Below are positions 19,701 to 27,611 of a DNA stretch of 27,814 nucleotides, piece after piece. The position numbers and the translations under genes were made by a program. Source of the DNA: Candidatus Woesearchaeota archaeon (GTDB lineage Archaea; Nanobdellota; Nanobdellia; Woesearchaeales; UBA10216). The DNA lies in the NCBI GenBank assembly GCA_016180145.1, contig JACPBT010000007.1, forward strand, positions 1 to 27,814. Reading direction: 5' to 3'. The notes below the pieces were generated by a model. It had not been told where the DNA came from. It worked only from the letters and a program-made list of their open reading frames with translations, and did no database searches. Every line of letters starts with the position of its first letter. The first letter of the stretch is position 1.

Positions 19701-20802
19701 AAATTTCAAGCTTGTTGACAGTTCATTATTCCTTCAGATTGAGAGGCGCGAGCCTTACGGCGGCGGCATCCTTTTTGAGAATGTTGCAGGAGGCCTTATT
19801 CAAAATAATATTCTGAGAAATCAGCAGGATGGCATCAGCTTTATTGATGTCACTGATGTTAAGGTGAAGGATAACAAGGCAGACCATAATGCCGGATGGG
19901 GAATTAAGCTCTATAACTCAAGGAAGAATACGATTGATGGGAATGACTTCAGCTATATTGCCCGGCCTTGCGACCAGGACTTCCCAAGCCAGCTTTGCCG
20001 CGATGCAGGCCTTGACTCAACAACGATTGGCTGCGGGTGTGATACTGCCTCGGTTTTGCTGGTTGCTTCCTCTAACGATAACGTGATTACCAGCAACGAC
20101 ATGCGCCACAGTGGGGATGGGCTGTTCATCCATGGAAGGCATGGCGGGCCAAGCAACAGCAACTATATTGCCAATAATGACGGTAGTTTCAGCCCGCATA
20201 ACGCGTTTGAGGCGGTTTTTGTTTCCGATAATGTCTTTGCGGATAATGTTGCCACTGGCAGCGATTACGGATTCTGGCTGAGCTACAGCAAAAACACCAA
20301 AGTGAAAGGCAATACGATATCAAACAACATTCATGATGGCATTGCCGCCAACAGGGCTTCCAGCCTTCAAATATCAGGAAACAAAATCAATTCAAATAAG
20401 GCGAGCGGTGTCCGCTTGTGGGAGGACAAGGCTGAAAGCGGTTACGAGTCTTTTGAGTCTGAAAAGAACGAGATTTCTGATAACACGATTTCGGATAATG
20501 CCTTTGCAGGGGTCTGGCTTCAGAACTCAGAATCAAGTCGTATAAGCAACAATGTTTTATCTGGAAATGGCGGGAAAACTTATGCTGCCATAACTCCATT
20601 CAAGGATACGGTAATTGCAGGCAATAATGTTGCTGGCAATGTTTTGCTGTTTTTTGACCCTGCACAGGGCGTTAAGGTTTCAGCGAAAGACAACTGGTGG
20701 GGAAGCACCAATGAAAAAGACTTTAAAAGCCGCATAATCAACGCAGATTATGCGCCGTGGCGTGCGCAGCCGGTTGAGGGAGCAGGAGGTGTTTCAAAAT
20801 GA
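13774..20802 (+). CDS. Giant secreted Cys-rich multidomain protein: 2x TSP1, MopE-like Ca/metal motifs, CARDB, dockerin/EF-hand-like, choice-of-anchor X-like, M64-like metallopeptidase, parallel beta-helix
   Basis: Signal peptide. [27 protein letters not shown] twice. [10 protein letters not shown]...DNDGDGYG...[14 protein letters not shown]...[63 protein letters not shown]...FKNRFNVW...[14 protein letters not shown] (HExxH at 18844-18858). C-terminal G-I-L/N-I..N beta-helix repeats. Confidence 0.85.
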   Translation: MARALLLFLAISALAFAFSSVDVSADFACASSCSDGSSSSLCQASDLTGNSFGDGETTCTYESCSSCQFGCNGGVCNAAPCSPNCVGKVCGENDGCGGKCETTGFGQNCAYGGNCGGVDKCGQSCGTLKIGVPGECGTPLPPPPPAPVAPSCSGSGGYCGPGGSSCCSGLVCGDGDYCQEAAYCGNSVCEAGESCSNCQSDCGSCCSPVSGGWSAWTSCSKSCGGGSQTRTCNNPVPSCGGSGCVGEPSKLCNTQACAPSCISEGGDCEATSCCSGLTCVSSADGTVNTCKKSAVTCTASAWSCSGFPKECPASGVMKQTCTLIDSTCTAPDNAKPITSKSCTPPVKEECGGSGQKCCSGNTCSAGLKCDSLLVGGLVVGGVCKAPVSCSSVAGGWSAWTSCSKPCGGGTQTRSCTNPVPSCGGTSCTGDSLKSCNTQACAPSCVADGGDCEATSCCSGLTCVSSADGTVNICKKPASVCTASAWSCSGFPKECPASGVMIQSCTLIDSSCTTPDNVKPITSKSCTPPVKEECGGSGQKCCSGNTCSSGLKCDALPVGGVIVGGICKVPVADCLDVDGDGFGKGCSKGEDCSDIDASRWQVLNGYVDNDGDGYGTGSPVPVCSGASLPLGYSVKGGDCDDFNAKLAADCPVAVVPFVPPVISAVAVVNLGSASSAEGFMSLISGRIVLGMGWITGRAVLAAPSASGSVSDAYELSFTLDPLPTKDYYVLLQYRKKDTSTWGDFGQAVAIEKIDSKFINGNTVKFQIKPSWFIKEAGVYEFRIVGAVFPPSSAKFDSESRPYAELRLESAGDATAASKPDLVIESVTFEEDETTHIIANVVWKNLGAAIPADSPFGLSVIDPPGPATFVRPDFSGFSQLLLSAKLYGKIYGKKVTFLIDFDNRFDESDESNNKFEAVMKLDAADSAAADALDVPATVFAGENIKISIKNGLIKADTRLFSGVGPILPFYGECGSNPCAFAVPTKNADAGKTIFFALDGSDWTYTLEKGKDLQVPAFPGKVFSLLSVNYDKGTARISIDGVADDFPLSNMVVSGDVALKYQSGNSEAVHVTIFKVKPVTVVLPSNSNVCPKPVVKSCVLNQKTEKVDIVVDYSPNIRDVSYNILFCDSSGQNCFYKGFSGKDAVESEGGAVITTNEAVGYTFYNSLSSGQFQLDKTRMRVSSSDSCTAPGEPSEPFECAVNKCEGSIPSTQFDQNGDGVVDFADIGLCGRQLGGPAADEKSRSCDFDGNCVLDGKDAALHYRALDKKSVDGVLESPNIRSVEFDRKVFKGDKAKIKVDLVGKELNHMFVVSNAGIELVDCGHKETCSADIEFPTENVDILKFAIIPTDLSVPAHSWFFPGKLIWSGSEESKFAAPRLASGDPDAGKNIELSVVSVEPHAVNVLLNGKAIRLMGGQPYYDNGILMDPRFFSLDVVNIYVAEDKDLHTIEVLPPPKLAVSPPKGLPSTVFSLKVDAGAPKLPVLVFANRVGSKKGKLSPPERPIVLYDDGSHNDEENNDGVYGAKWDSAGMPAGIYSFDLSVGLHSFENNAQAVVSVPDSDCIPIVKGGDSSNAIDLVFVPNHYSAGELDRFASDVLPKHYGIILSEQPFASFKNRFNVWYLRNAEPFDCSYSKAGDCSEHFKKQVSSACAFYDKVLVIDKNSLVEAGGYSFGMAGNFQVTGESSMANSEGRTLHEFGHTFAGLADEYDAPKRASDTKAPNCDVTGCSKWCGKDDKLAVPKCFELKDKASCEAKKYHYSFTIEGAVGKSADYGCVWREKDSVCAFPHLADVSFASSCESGASCYYGCGGYGGFRSSKYSIMGDAAVSDFNDLSKRHIESILKCCYSAPSSDADRAACHEWNNKNGGKFSSCVADIPEVKASPATDCLAVKGTLKISKSEKLCNSIYASSGGAAPQILVSGNDIVFDCNGASLKGGGSGAAIAIEKSSNVEVRNCKASGYKFGLYAKDSKNVRVLDSDFSGNFKLVDSSLFLQIERREPYGGGILFENVAGGLIQNNILRNQQDGISFIDVTDVKVKDNKADHNAGWGIKLYNSRKNTIDGNDFSYIARPCDQDFPSQLCRDAGLDSTTIGCGCDTASVLLVASSNDNVITSNDMRHSGDGLFIHGRHGGPSNSNYIANNDGSFSPHNAFEAVFVSDNVFADNVATGSDYGFWLSYSKNTKVKGNTISNNIHDGIAANRASSLQISGNKINSNKASGVRLWEDKAESGYESFESEKNEISDNTISDNAFAGVWLQNSESSRISNNVLSGNGGKTYAAITPFKDTVIAGNNVAGNVLLFFDPAQGVKVSAKDNWWGSTNEKDFKSRIINADYAPWRAQPVEGAGGVSK
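14392..15483 (+). repeat. Intragenic tandem duplication, 549-bp (183-aa) unit
   Basis: Identical blocks at an offset of exactly 549 nt: 14411 vs 14960; 14572-14636 vs 15121-15185 (one mismatch); 14775-14810 vs 15324-15359. Confidence 0.9.
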
Positions 20803-21515
20803 AGCTTTTGTTACTATTCGCAATTTTACTCCTATGCTCTGTTTCGGTGTTTGCCGCAGAAGGCAATTTTTACGAATTCGTCGTATCAAAGGATGGGAAT
20901 ACGCTTAACGTCAGCGATGTTGTCCTTAAGAGCGGCGAGGTTCCGGTAATGATTAATGATTTTTCTGATTACCGTTTGGCACTTGTTGATAGTAAAGATA
21001 ATAAGCTGTATGAGTTCGGGTTCACCTTTGATACTGGTTTTTCAGGTGAAGTTTTTGGCGAAACAGGAAGTATTGCCCCTGCCGAAGGAAGCGCTTCCCT
21101 ATCTTCCGTAGTGCTTTCTGTGCCTTATTTTCCCAAAGGCCAGCGCATGCTCATTTATGACAACACAGGGGCTAAGATTCTTGAGATACCAGTCGCCCAC
21201 TTCGCCAACCTCTGCAACGACGGCGTTTGCCAGGATTCTGAGTCTTATGAGTCTTGCCAAGCTGACTGCCCGTCAGGAGGAGAAGACGACTACTGCGATT
21301 CTGTTGCTGACGGCAGGTGCGATGTTGACTGTGCTGGCTGGAAAGGGAAGGATTCTGACTGTGCTGATGAGGCCGGCGTTGAGCCTGCACAGAGCGGCAG
21401 CAACTTTGCCTTCAACACGCGCATGCTTGTCATTCTCGGAGGGGTGATTACAGCTATATCCGGGATGGTTGTGCTGTTCGCGAGGCTCAGAAACCGCAAA
21501 GAGGGCAAGAGTTAG
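20799..21515 (+). CDS. Secreted, C-terminally anchored protein with a Cys/Asp-rich module
   Basis: Signal peptide; [38 protein letters not shown]; C-terminal TM followed by a basic tail. ATGA overlap with the giant gene. Confidence 0.8.
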   Translation: MKLLLLFAILLLCSVSVFAAEGNFYEFVVSKDGNTLNVSDVVLKSGEVPVMINDFSDYRLALVDSKDNKLYEFGFTFDTGFSGEVFGETGSIAPAEGSASLSSVVLSVPYFPKGQRMLIYDNTGAKILEIPVAHFANLCNDGVCQDSESYESCQADCPSGGEDDYCDSVADGRCDVDCAGWKGKDSDCADEAGVEPAQSGSNFAFNTRMLVILGGVITAISGMVVLFARLRNRKEGKS

Positions 21516-21610
21516 CGGAGCAAAGCAAAAAGATATGAGTTTCCACGCAACGTCGGAAAAACCAGAGCAGAAACGGCAAAGGTTAAATATGCATGAGATA
21601 TACTGATGCC

Positions 21611-23575
21611 ATGAAAAAAGTTACGGCGTTAACTGCAATACTACTGCTTCAGGCACTCACAGCAGCAGCAATAACCGAAGACCGCGAAACAATATACGGA
21701 AGCGAGCAGCTACTGCTACAGGCAGGCATAACAGGCACGTTTGAACTACAGGCTGAGTCTTCTGACTACAAGGCAGACTACGTCCAGGCAAACCTCACCA
21801 TATTCCCAAAACAAAGCGGATTCCAGGAAGCCACATTCACAAGGCTTGAACCCAAACCAGAAACAGGAAAAGACTACCTTTTATTCAAATGGGCGAATCC
21901 TGCCCCGGGACATTACGAGTTCACTGCAAATGCCGAAGTAATAACAAGAAACACGGCAGTGCCTGTAACAGACAAAGTGCAGTTCCCACTGAAGCAAACT
22001 GACGACAACCTGAAAGCATACACACAGCCATCAAAATACATAGACTCTGAAGACAAAGACATCATAAGCCTTGCGTCATCATTAGCAGCAGGGGAAGACG
22101 ACCAGTATGTGGTTGTATACAAGCTTGCAGAATGGAGCAACCGCAACATAAAATACGACCTCAGCACACTGACAGAAAGCACAAGCCTCCCTGCAAGCTG
22201 GGTCCTGAGAAACAGGCAGGGCGTATGCGACGAGCTGACAAACCTATTCATAGCGCTGAACAGGGCGCTGGGAATACCTGCAAGATTCGTATCAGGCATA
22301 GCATACACAGACTCAGAGCTGTTCCCTGAAAGGTGGGGATTCCACGGATGGGCAGAGGTATACTTCCCGGGATACGGATGGGTGCCATTTGACGTAACAT
22401 ACGGACAATTCGGCTTTGTAGATGCGGGACACATAAAAATGGCAGAAACAGCAGACATATCAGAAACAACAACCAACTACCAATGGAAAGGAATAGACAT
22501 AAAAGTGCAAACAGGAAAGATAAAACCGAAAATAGAAGTAAAAGAGGCAACAGGAGACTTCAACTACGGACTATCACTCAAATCAAAAGCGCTAAAGGAT
22601 TCAGTCGGATTCGGCTCATACAACATAGAAGAAGTGGAAATAACAAACCTGCTTAACCAATACGCAGTAGCAGAACTTATACACTCAAACACAGAAGGGC
22701 TAAAGCTGGAAGGCGCAAACAAGAGAGACGTGCTTCTTAAGCCAAAAGAAAAGAAAACAGAATACTTCATATTAAGAGTGGCAGACAACCTGAATGAAGG
22801 ACTCATATACACATTCCCGCTAAAAGTCCAGGCACACCTCACAGAAGCAGAAACAAAATTCACAGCAAACAGCAACGGCGAAAGCTTTGGAAAAGGCGAG
22901 CTTCAGGCACTGATGAAAGAAGAAAACCCGGAAAAAACCTACTCAAGAAGCATAACCCTTGAATGCCGCCAAAACAAAAAAGAGCTTTACACATACGAAA
23001 CAGCAGAGATAGCCTGCAAAGCAACAAACACAGGAAATGTCGCACTGGAAAACCTGAAATTCTGCCACGAGGAATGCGAAAGGTTTTCCTTAGGCATAAC
23101 ACGAAGCCAGGAATTCAACTTCACAAAAAAATTCGGCAAAGCAGGAACAAACAGAGCAAAAGCAACAGTTGAAGAGGGCAATGCCGCAAAGACAGAATAC
23201 ATTGAGTTCAACGTGCTTGACGAGCCATCAATACAACTGAAAGAAGCAACTTACCCCAAACTGGCAACATTCAATGAAAAATTTGAAATCACACTGAGCG
23301 CGAAAAAGACTTCAACAACAACACCGCTAAACACCAAAATAGAAATAAAAAAGCTAAACGCCATGTTTGACATAGGGCGAATGGAAAACAACCAAAGACT
23401 AAAAACAGAAGCAAACGCTATAAAACTCAACGAAGGACAAAACAACATAACAATAACAGCCTCATTTGAAGACGCCAACGGGAAAAGGTATCTGGAAGAA
23501 GAAACAATCACGATAGAAGTAAAAAAAATGGGCTTAATGCAAAAAATACAAAAATTCCTCATAAAACTGTTCTGA
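21611..23575 (+). CDS. Secreted transglutaminase-like (Cys-His-Asp) domain protein
   Basis: GVCDELTNLFIALNRALGIPARFVSG, HGWAEVYFPGYGWVPFDVT; signal peptide MKKVTALTAILLL; C-terminal beta-rich, Ig-like segments. Confidence 0.9.
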   Translation: MKKVTALTAILLLQALTAAAITEDRETIYGSEQLLLQAGITGTFELQAESSDYKADYVQANLTIFPKQSGFQEATFTRLEPKPETGKDYLLFKWANPAPGHYEFTANAEVITRNTAVPVTDKVQFPLKQTDDNLKAYTQPSKYIDSEDKDIISLASSLAAGEDDQYVVVYKLAEWSNRNIKYDLSTLTESTSLPASWVLRNRQGVCDELTNLFIALNRALGIPARFVSGIAYTDSELFPERWGFHGWAEVYFPGYGWVPFDVTYGQFGFVDAGHIKMAETADISETTTNYQWKGIDIKVQTGKIKPKIEVKEATGDFNYGLSLKSKALKDSVGFGSYNIEEVEITNLLNQYAVAELIHSNTEGLKLEGANKRDVLLKPKEKKTEYFILRVADNLNEGLIYTFPLKVQAHLTEAETKFTANSNGESFGKGELQALMKEENPEKTYSRSITLECRQNKKELYTYETAEIACKATNTGNVALENLKFCHEECERFSLGITRSQEFNFTKKFGKAGTNRAKATVEEGNAAKTEYIEFNVLDEPSIQLKEATYPKLATFNEKFEITLSAKKTSTTTPLNTKIEIKKLNAMFDIGRMENNQRLKTEANAIKLNEGQNNITITASFEDANGKRYLEEETITIEVKKMGLMQKIQKFLIKLF

Positions 23576-24035
23576 CAAGGTAAAGAGCCTCAAGCGCCAC
23601 AGCAACAAAAACAAAATAAGAATAACGCCGCCCAACCATCAAAATGGCGCGAACAATGCGCCACTCATTCTTCCGAACAACAAACAAGCTGCCAGCAGGA
23701 AACCCGTAAAGAAAAACAAGAACAGAAACAGCAAAAAGGCTTTGCGAAGAGTGGGCAAGCAAAAAAAAGAAAACAGCAAGAAAAGGATAAAAATCAAACT
23801 TCCAAAACAAAAGAAAGGGAAAAAGGGCGACATAGGCAGCAATCCTCAACAGAAGGGAAACGCTGAAGTAATCAAGGGCAAAAGCGGCAACAGCTGCAAA
23901 CAAAACCGCCTGAATCAAAGGAAAATACTTTCTGGCAGTCGGCATCTCCTCCCTCGCAGAACATGCAAGAAAAGCGCCAACAAGAACACCTGAAAAGGTA
24001 ACAAAAACAGCAAGCAAATACTGAACAAGAGTCAT
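23559..24035 (-). CDS. Hypothetical membrane protein
   Basis: 158 aa, mostly hydrophobic helices; ATGA overlap with the rpiB stop. Confidence 0.7.
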   Translation of the reverse strand: MTLVQYLLAVFVTFSGVLVGAFLACSAREEMPTARKYFPLIQAVLFAAVAAFALDYFSVSLLLRIAAYVALFPFLLFWKFDFYPFLAVFFFLLAHSSQSLFAVSVLVFLYGFPAGSLFVVRKNEWRIVRAILMVGRRYSYFVFVAVALEALYLVRTVL

Positions 24036-24505
24036 TTTTCCATATCCATAATCTTCTTCAACCTGCGCGTGTGGCGCTCCTCATTGCTGTAAGGAGTCTC
24101 CAGCCAAACTTTTACAATACCCTTCGCAGCCTCAAGAGAGGTCCAGTCCCCTGAAAGGGCGAGGATGTTTGCAGCATTATGCTCCCTTGAGTGGCTTGCT
24201 GACAACTCATCAAAAGCAGAAACAGCACGAACACCCTTAACCTTATTGGCAGCAATCACCATGCCAGCAGCAGAACGGCATAACAAAATGCCAGCAACCT
24301 TTGGAAACTCCCCAATACCTGAAGCCATGCCAACAGCAGCAGCAACCTTAAAAGCATAATCAGGATAATCACAACTCTCCTCAGAATGAGTGCCAACATC
24401 TTCAACAAGGTAGCCAAGTTGCTTCAAGAACGGCTTCAACTCTTCCTTCAGCCTGAAACCACCATGGTCAGAACCAATAACGACTTTAGGCTTCTTCTGC
24501 TCCAT
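24032..24505 (-). CDS. rpiB: Ribose-5-phosphate isomerase B (RpiB/LacAB family)
   Basis: IGSDHGGFRLKE, DVGT...DYPDYA, GILLC, IAANKVKGVRA, SREHNAANILAL; GAGGTG SD at 24512-24517. Confidence 0.92.
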   Translation of the reverse strand: MEQKKPKVVIGSDHGGFRLKEELKPFLKQLGYLVEDVGTHSEESCDYPDYAFKVAAAVGMASGIGEFPKVAGILLCRSAAGMVIAANKVKGVRAVSAFDELSASHSREHNAANILALSGDWTSLEAAKGIVKVWLETPYSNEERHTRRLKKIMDMEK

Positions 24506-24515
24506 AAAAAACACC

Positions 24516-25412
24516 TCACAGGCTGATTGCGAAAACGCCAGCCACAATCATAGCTATCGCCAACGCCTTTGTTAATAAAGTTTTCTTATCAACCCGCTCA
24601 ACAAAAAAACCAGGCAGCCTGAAACTCAGAAAAACAGCAAAAACAAAAGTAAAAAAACCTGCAAGCTCTGACAAAGCAGACGTCAAAGAAGCAGAGCCGA
24701 GCATCAATGCAAAACCAAAAGCCAACATACCACAAACAAGAGTAAGCTCCCTCAGCAACAACACAAAAAACGCCTTCCTGAGATTAAAAATATCCCTGAC
24801 AAAAACAACAGAACGCCCGCTAACAACAAGCACTACAAGAGCTGAAACAGCAATACCCAAGCCAAGAAAAAACGCAACCTCCCAAAAGGAGGCAAAGCCG
24901 TAAAGCCACTTGGCAATAACGAATGAGACTGAAGTAAAAAAACAAGCAACAGACATAAGGAAAAATACCTTACCCGGCCTAAAGACACCTACCAAATTAC
25001 TTGAAGAAACCAAAAAAGCGCCAGCCACAACCAGAACAAAACCGGCAAAATCATAAAAACCAAGCCGCTCACCAAGAAAGAAAAAAGCAATAACAAGAAC
25101 CATCACAGAAGAAAGAGACCACAAAGGAACAACACGCGAAGCCTCCTCAAGAGACAAAGCATGAAAATAAGGAAAGCCATTAGCAAAAAGCAACACACCG
25201 GCAAAAAAGCCAGCCAAAACCACTACAACAGAGGCAGCGCCAAAGTCAAAGCCAATAAAAGGCAACAAAGCAACAACCCAAAACCATGAAATGCCAGTAA
25301 CAATGGAAAGATTAAAAGTGCTTAAATGCCTGTCACGCATAAACTTGTCAAGAACACCCCCAACACCAAAAAGAAGAGGGGCAACCAAAGCAAAAAACAG
25401 CCAAAGAGACAT
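24516..25412 (-). CDS. EamA/DMT family transporter
   Basis: About ten TM segments in two repeats, EASRVVPL...LVIAFFFLGERLG motif; GGAGGAGG SD upstream. Confidence 0.88.
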   Translation of the reverse strand: MSLWLFFALVAPLLFGVGGVLDKFMRDRHLSTFNLSIVTGISWFWVVALLPFIGFDFGAASVVVVLAGFFAGVLLFANGFPYFHALSLEEASRVVPLWSLSSVMVLVIAFFFLGERLGFYDFAGFVLVVAGAFLVSSSNLVGVFRPGKVFFLMSVACFFTSVSFVIAKWLYGFASFWEVAFFLGLGIAVSALVVLVVSGRSVVFVRDIFNLRKAFFVLLLRELTLVCGMLAFGFALMLGSASLTSALSELAGFFTFVFAVFLSFRLPGFFVERVDKKTLLTKALAIAMIVAGVFAISL

Positions 25413-25553
25413 TATGAACTATACCTCCTCCGAACAAGAATAAAACACATTTGACATAAAAAAAACACCTACGAGAAAACGCAAATAAACCACTTTAATA
25501 AAGCTTTCTCCAAGCCAAAAATATATAAGCAAAAACACTAAAAGACAAGAATC

Positions 25554-25886
25554 ATGACATTTCATGTTTTCCTGACAGAACCTGTAAAAAAAGATATAGA
25601 CAAACTTGACAATTCAGAAAAAGCGAGAATTGAAAAAATACTAAAGCAGCTTTACGAAAAAGGAGAACAGATAGGCAAACCACTCTCAGGACTAGACTTT
25701 TTCCGAGAAAAAAAATTTGACGGAAAAAGGTTATACTATCTTGTATACAATCAATGGTCTGCCATTCTCGTTACAGCCATAAGCGACAAAAAAACACAAC
25801 AGGCAACAATAAACCAAATAGTCAAAGAAATAAGCGCCTACCAGAGCTACATGCTTGACTTACTTAGAAAAAGAGGACTTGCCTGA
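25554..25886 (+). CDS. RelE/ParE-like toxin
   Basis: FHVFLTEPVKKDIDKLDNSEKARIEKILKQL...IGKPLSGLDFFREKKFDGKRLYYLV is a RelE-type pattern; TATA-like ATATATAA at 25521-25528. Confidence 0.7.
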   Translation: MTFHVFLTEPVKKDIDKLDNSEKARIEKILKQLYEKGEQIGKPLSGLDFFREKKFDGKRLYYLVYNQWSAILVTAISDKKTQQATINQIVKEISAYQSYMLDLLRKRGLA

Positions 25887-26021
25887 AGGACGCCACTCAA
25901 CAACCCTACCATCCTTTAAAGCTTCAAAACTCTCCCTAAACTTACCAACCAACTCCCAGTCAACCTCTGACTTCCTTTTAAGCGCCTCATACTCCACTTT
26001 TGATATTGTAACTGTTTCCAT
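25860..26021 (-). CDS. Small putative antitoxin (53 aa)
   Basis: METVTISKVEYEALKRKSEVDWELVGKFRESFEALKDGRVVEW has the antitoxin-like 'S-L-E-D-L-K-x-G-R-V' style ending. It has its own TATA (TTTTATAT, 26045-26052) about 24 nt upstream, so the track's longer N-terminus is unlikely. Confidence 0.6.
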   Translation of the reverse strand: METVTISKVEYEALKRKSEVDWELVGKFRESFEALKDGRVVEWRPSGKSSFSK

Positions 26022-26070
26022 AACCCTATGGAATAACAATTTAGATATAAAAGGTTTTCTATGCGAAAAA

Positions 26071-26331
26071 CTACCTCCACTCTGAATGGCCCCACTGAAC
26101 CAGAAGGTCAACACCCAAACGAGAAACTTCCAAAGGAACATCACAAGCGCCAAAACACGAACCCGCCCAGATAATAACACCAGCGCCGGTCTTCTGCCTT
26201 ATAGCATCCTGAATATCGCCAGCATAAGGCTTCAAGCCATCAGGAAGCTGAATGCACACAAGCCTGGCGTTCTCTTCCTTAATCTTAACTATGACGCTTT
26301 CCAACTCCAAATCGTATTTTGGGGTTTGCAT
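26071..26331 (-). CDS. dph2: Stand-alone N-terminal domain of diphthamide synthesis protein Dph2
   Basis: YDLELE..I...ARLVCIQLPDGLK...IWAGSCFGACDVP...VDLLVQWGHS matches Dph1/Dph2 domain 1 (Q.PEGL, YGACD, H.GHS). Only 86 aa long. Confidence 0.8.
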   Translation of the reverse strand: MQTPKYDLELESVIVKIKEENARLVCIQLPDGLKPYAGDIQDAIRQKTGAGVIIWAGSCFGACDVPLEVSRLGVDLLVQWGHSEWR

Positions 26332-26422
26332 AAGCAACGGGAAGCAGAACCAGCTTTAAAAAGATACCGCAGCACACAATAAATAAGAATTACCTATTAA
26401 CTAATATAAAAACCAACCATTC

Positions 26423-26581
26423 TTACAGCATAACCTCGTCAAGCTCATACCTGCTGAGCTTGTGCTTGTTGATGACAGACGAAAAACTCCTGCGGGCAGC
26501 CTTGCGCTTCTGCTCAAGCTCGTCAAGGATTTCCTCATCCCCCTCCTCATACTGCATTTCCTCAAACAAACCTTCGCTCAT
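26423..26581 (-). CDS. Small acidic hypothetical protein (52 aa, below the track cut-off)
   Basis: Hand translation: MSEGLFEEMQYEEGDEEILDELEQKRKAARRSFSSVINKHKLSRYELDEVML*. TATA TTTATAAA at 26633-26640. Confidence 0.6.
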   Translation of the reverse strand: MSEGLFEEMQYEEGDEEILDELEQKRKAARRSFSSVINKHKLSRYELDEVML

Positions 26582-26702
26582 TTCAACCCTCCAAAAAACC
26601 CATTTGTTGTTACTTTCAGGTAGTGTAACCTATTTATAAATCTTTCGGTTGGCAACTGCAACAGCAAAACACGACAAAAGAAAAGCAGTATTAATGCCTT
26701 AC

Positions 26703-26725
26703 GGCCGCATGTCCAGTGTCCAGTG
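26703..26725 (-). repeat. Intergenic motif copy 2 (inverted relative to 12696-12718)
   Basis: Plus strand gcatgtccagtgtccagtg at 26707-26725. Confidence 0.75.
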
Positions 26726-26736
26726 GAGAAACAGGA

Positions 26737-27069
26737 TTACTTAATTCTTCTCCCTGCCTTCCTCTCAGCAACATAAGGAAGCCTAAAGTAATGCCTGCAA
26801 ACAAGGCAGTAGAAAACGACTTTCTGCTTCTGAAGCCTGACACGAACTGTTTTGCCGGGAACCCAGAAAGAGCTGCAATGCCTGCAAAAACGCCTCCTGA
26901 ATTGCCCGGGAACAGAAACACGCGCACGCTCAGCAGCACGCCTTGCCTTCCTGACAAAACGCAGAGCAGACTCAGGACTTTCAGAAAAAACATCCTCAGC
27001 ATGCCTGAACAAATCGGTGACAAGAGCAACGGCAAGCTTACGCGACGCTTCCCGGTCAGGCTTTTTCAT
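26737..27069 (-). CDS. rnp4: Ribonuclease P protein component 4 (Rpp21/Rpr2)
   Basis: LFRHAE...RFVRKAR...R.RV..P...RRRFCRHC...VPGKTVRVRL....VFYCLVC...RLPY carries the zinc-ribbon CxxC pairs. TATA at about 27093-27100 supports ATG 27069. Confidence 0.93.
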   Translation of the reverse strand: MKKPDREASRKLAVALVTDLFRHAEDVFSESPESALRFVRKARRAAERARVSVPGQFRRRFCRHCSSFWVPGKTVRVRLQKQKVVFYCLVCRHYFRLPYVAERKAGRRIK

Positions 27070-27108
27070 TGCAGTAATACAATGAGCAGACATTTATAAG
27101 CTTAATTG

Positions 27109-27504
27109 CTACCCGCCATCGCCTGACTTCTGGCAGCACACAAGATTAGGGCTGCTACAAACATACCTAAGCCCGGCAGGATGCTTCAAAGGCGTGCCGC
27201 AGGCAGCAATGCACGAAACAGAAGATGAAACAGGACACAACTCCTTAACGGTCCTGCAGCAAACCTTACCGGCAGGAACAGAACCCTCACTAAACTTGGC
27301 AAAGAACTGCTGCTCAAAATCACTGCAAGAATCGCGCACATTAAGATTAGCCCCTGAACACTGCCGCTCAGAAGCAGAAGACAAACCAGGAACAAAATTA
27401 CCAATGTAGCCTGTAAAAACCATAACAACAACCACCAAAACAACAAGAACAATGGCGGCAATAACAATAGTATTCAAAGACAAACCCTGAGCCTTAGAGG
27501 ACAT
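27109..27504 (-). CDS. Class III signal peptide (archaeal pilin-like), Cys-rich protein
   Basis: MSSKAQ-GLSLNTIVIAAIVLVVLVVVVMVF: K-A-Q cleavage motif plus a hydrophobic helix. The C-terminal part has about ten Cys, including two VCC motifs. Confidence 0.8.
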   Translation of the reverse strand: MSSKAQGLSLNTIVIAAIVLVVLVVVVMVFTGYIGNFVPGLSSASERQCSGANLNVRDSCSDFEQQFFAKFSEGSVPAGKVCCRTVKELCPVSSSVSCIAACGTPLKHPAGLRYVCSSPNLVCCQKSGDGG

Positions 27505-27611
27505 AACTGAAACAACAGCAAAGCATTATTTAAAAGTTTCTGAAAAGCAAAATGGACAGAAATGAAAACCACAAAAAAAGATTTATATAGTAATCTTCCA
27601 AAAAGAGAAAA

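Noticed and set aside
26022-26180. N-terminal extension of the 106-aa track ORF
   Set aside because: It overlaps dph2 in another frame, and a TATA box supports the internal ATG at 26021.
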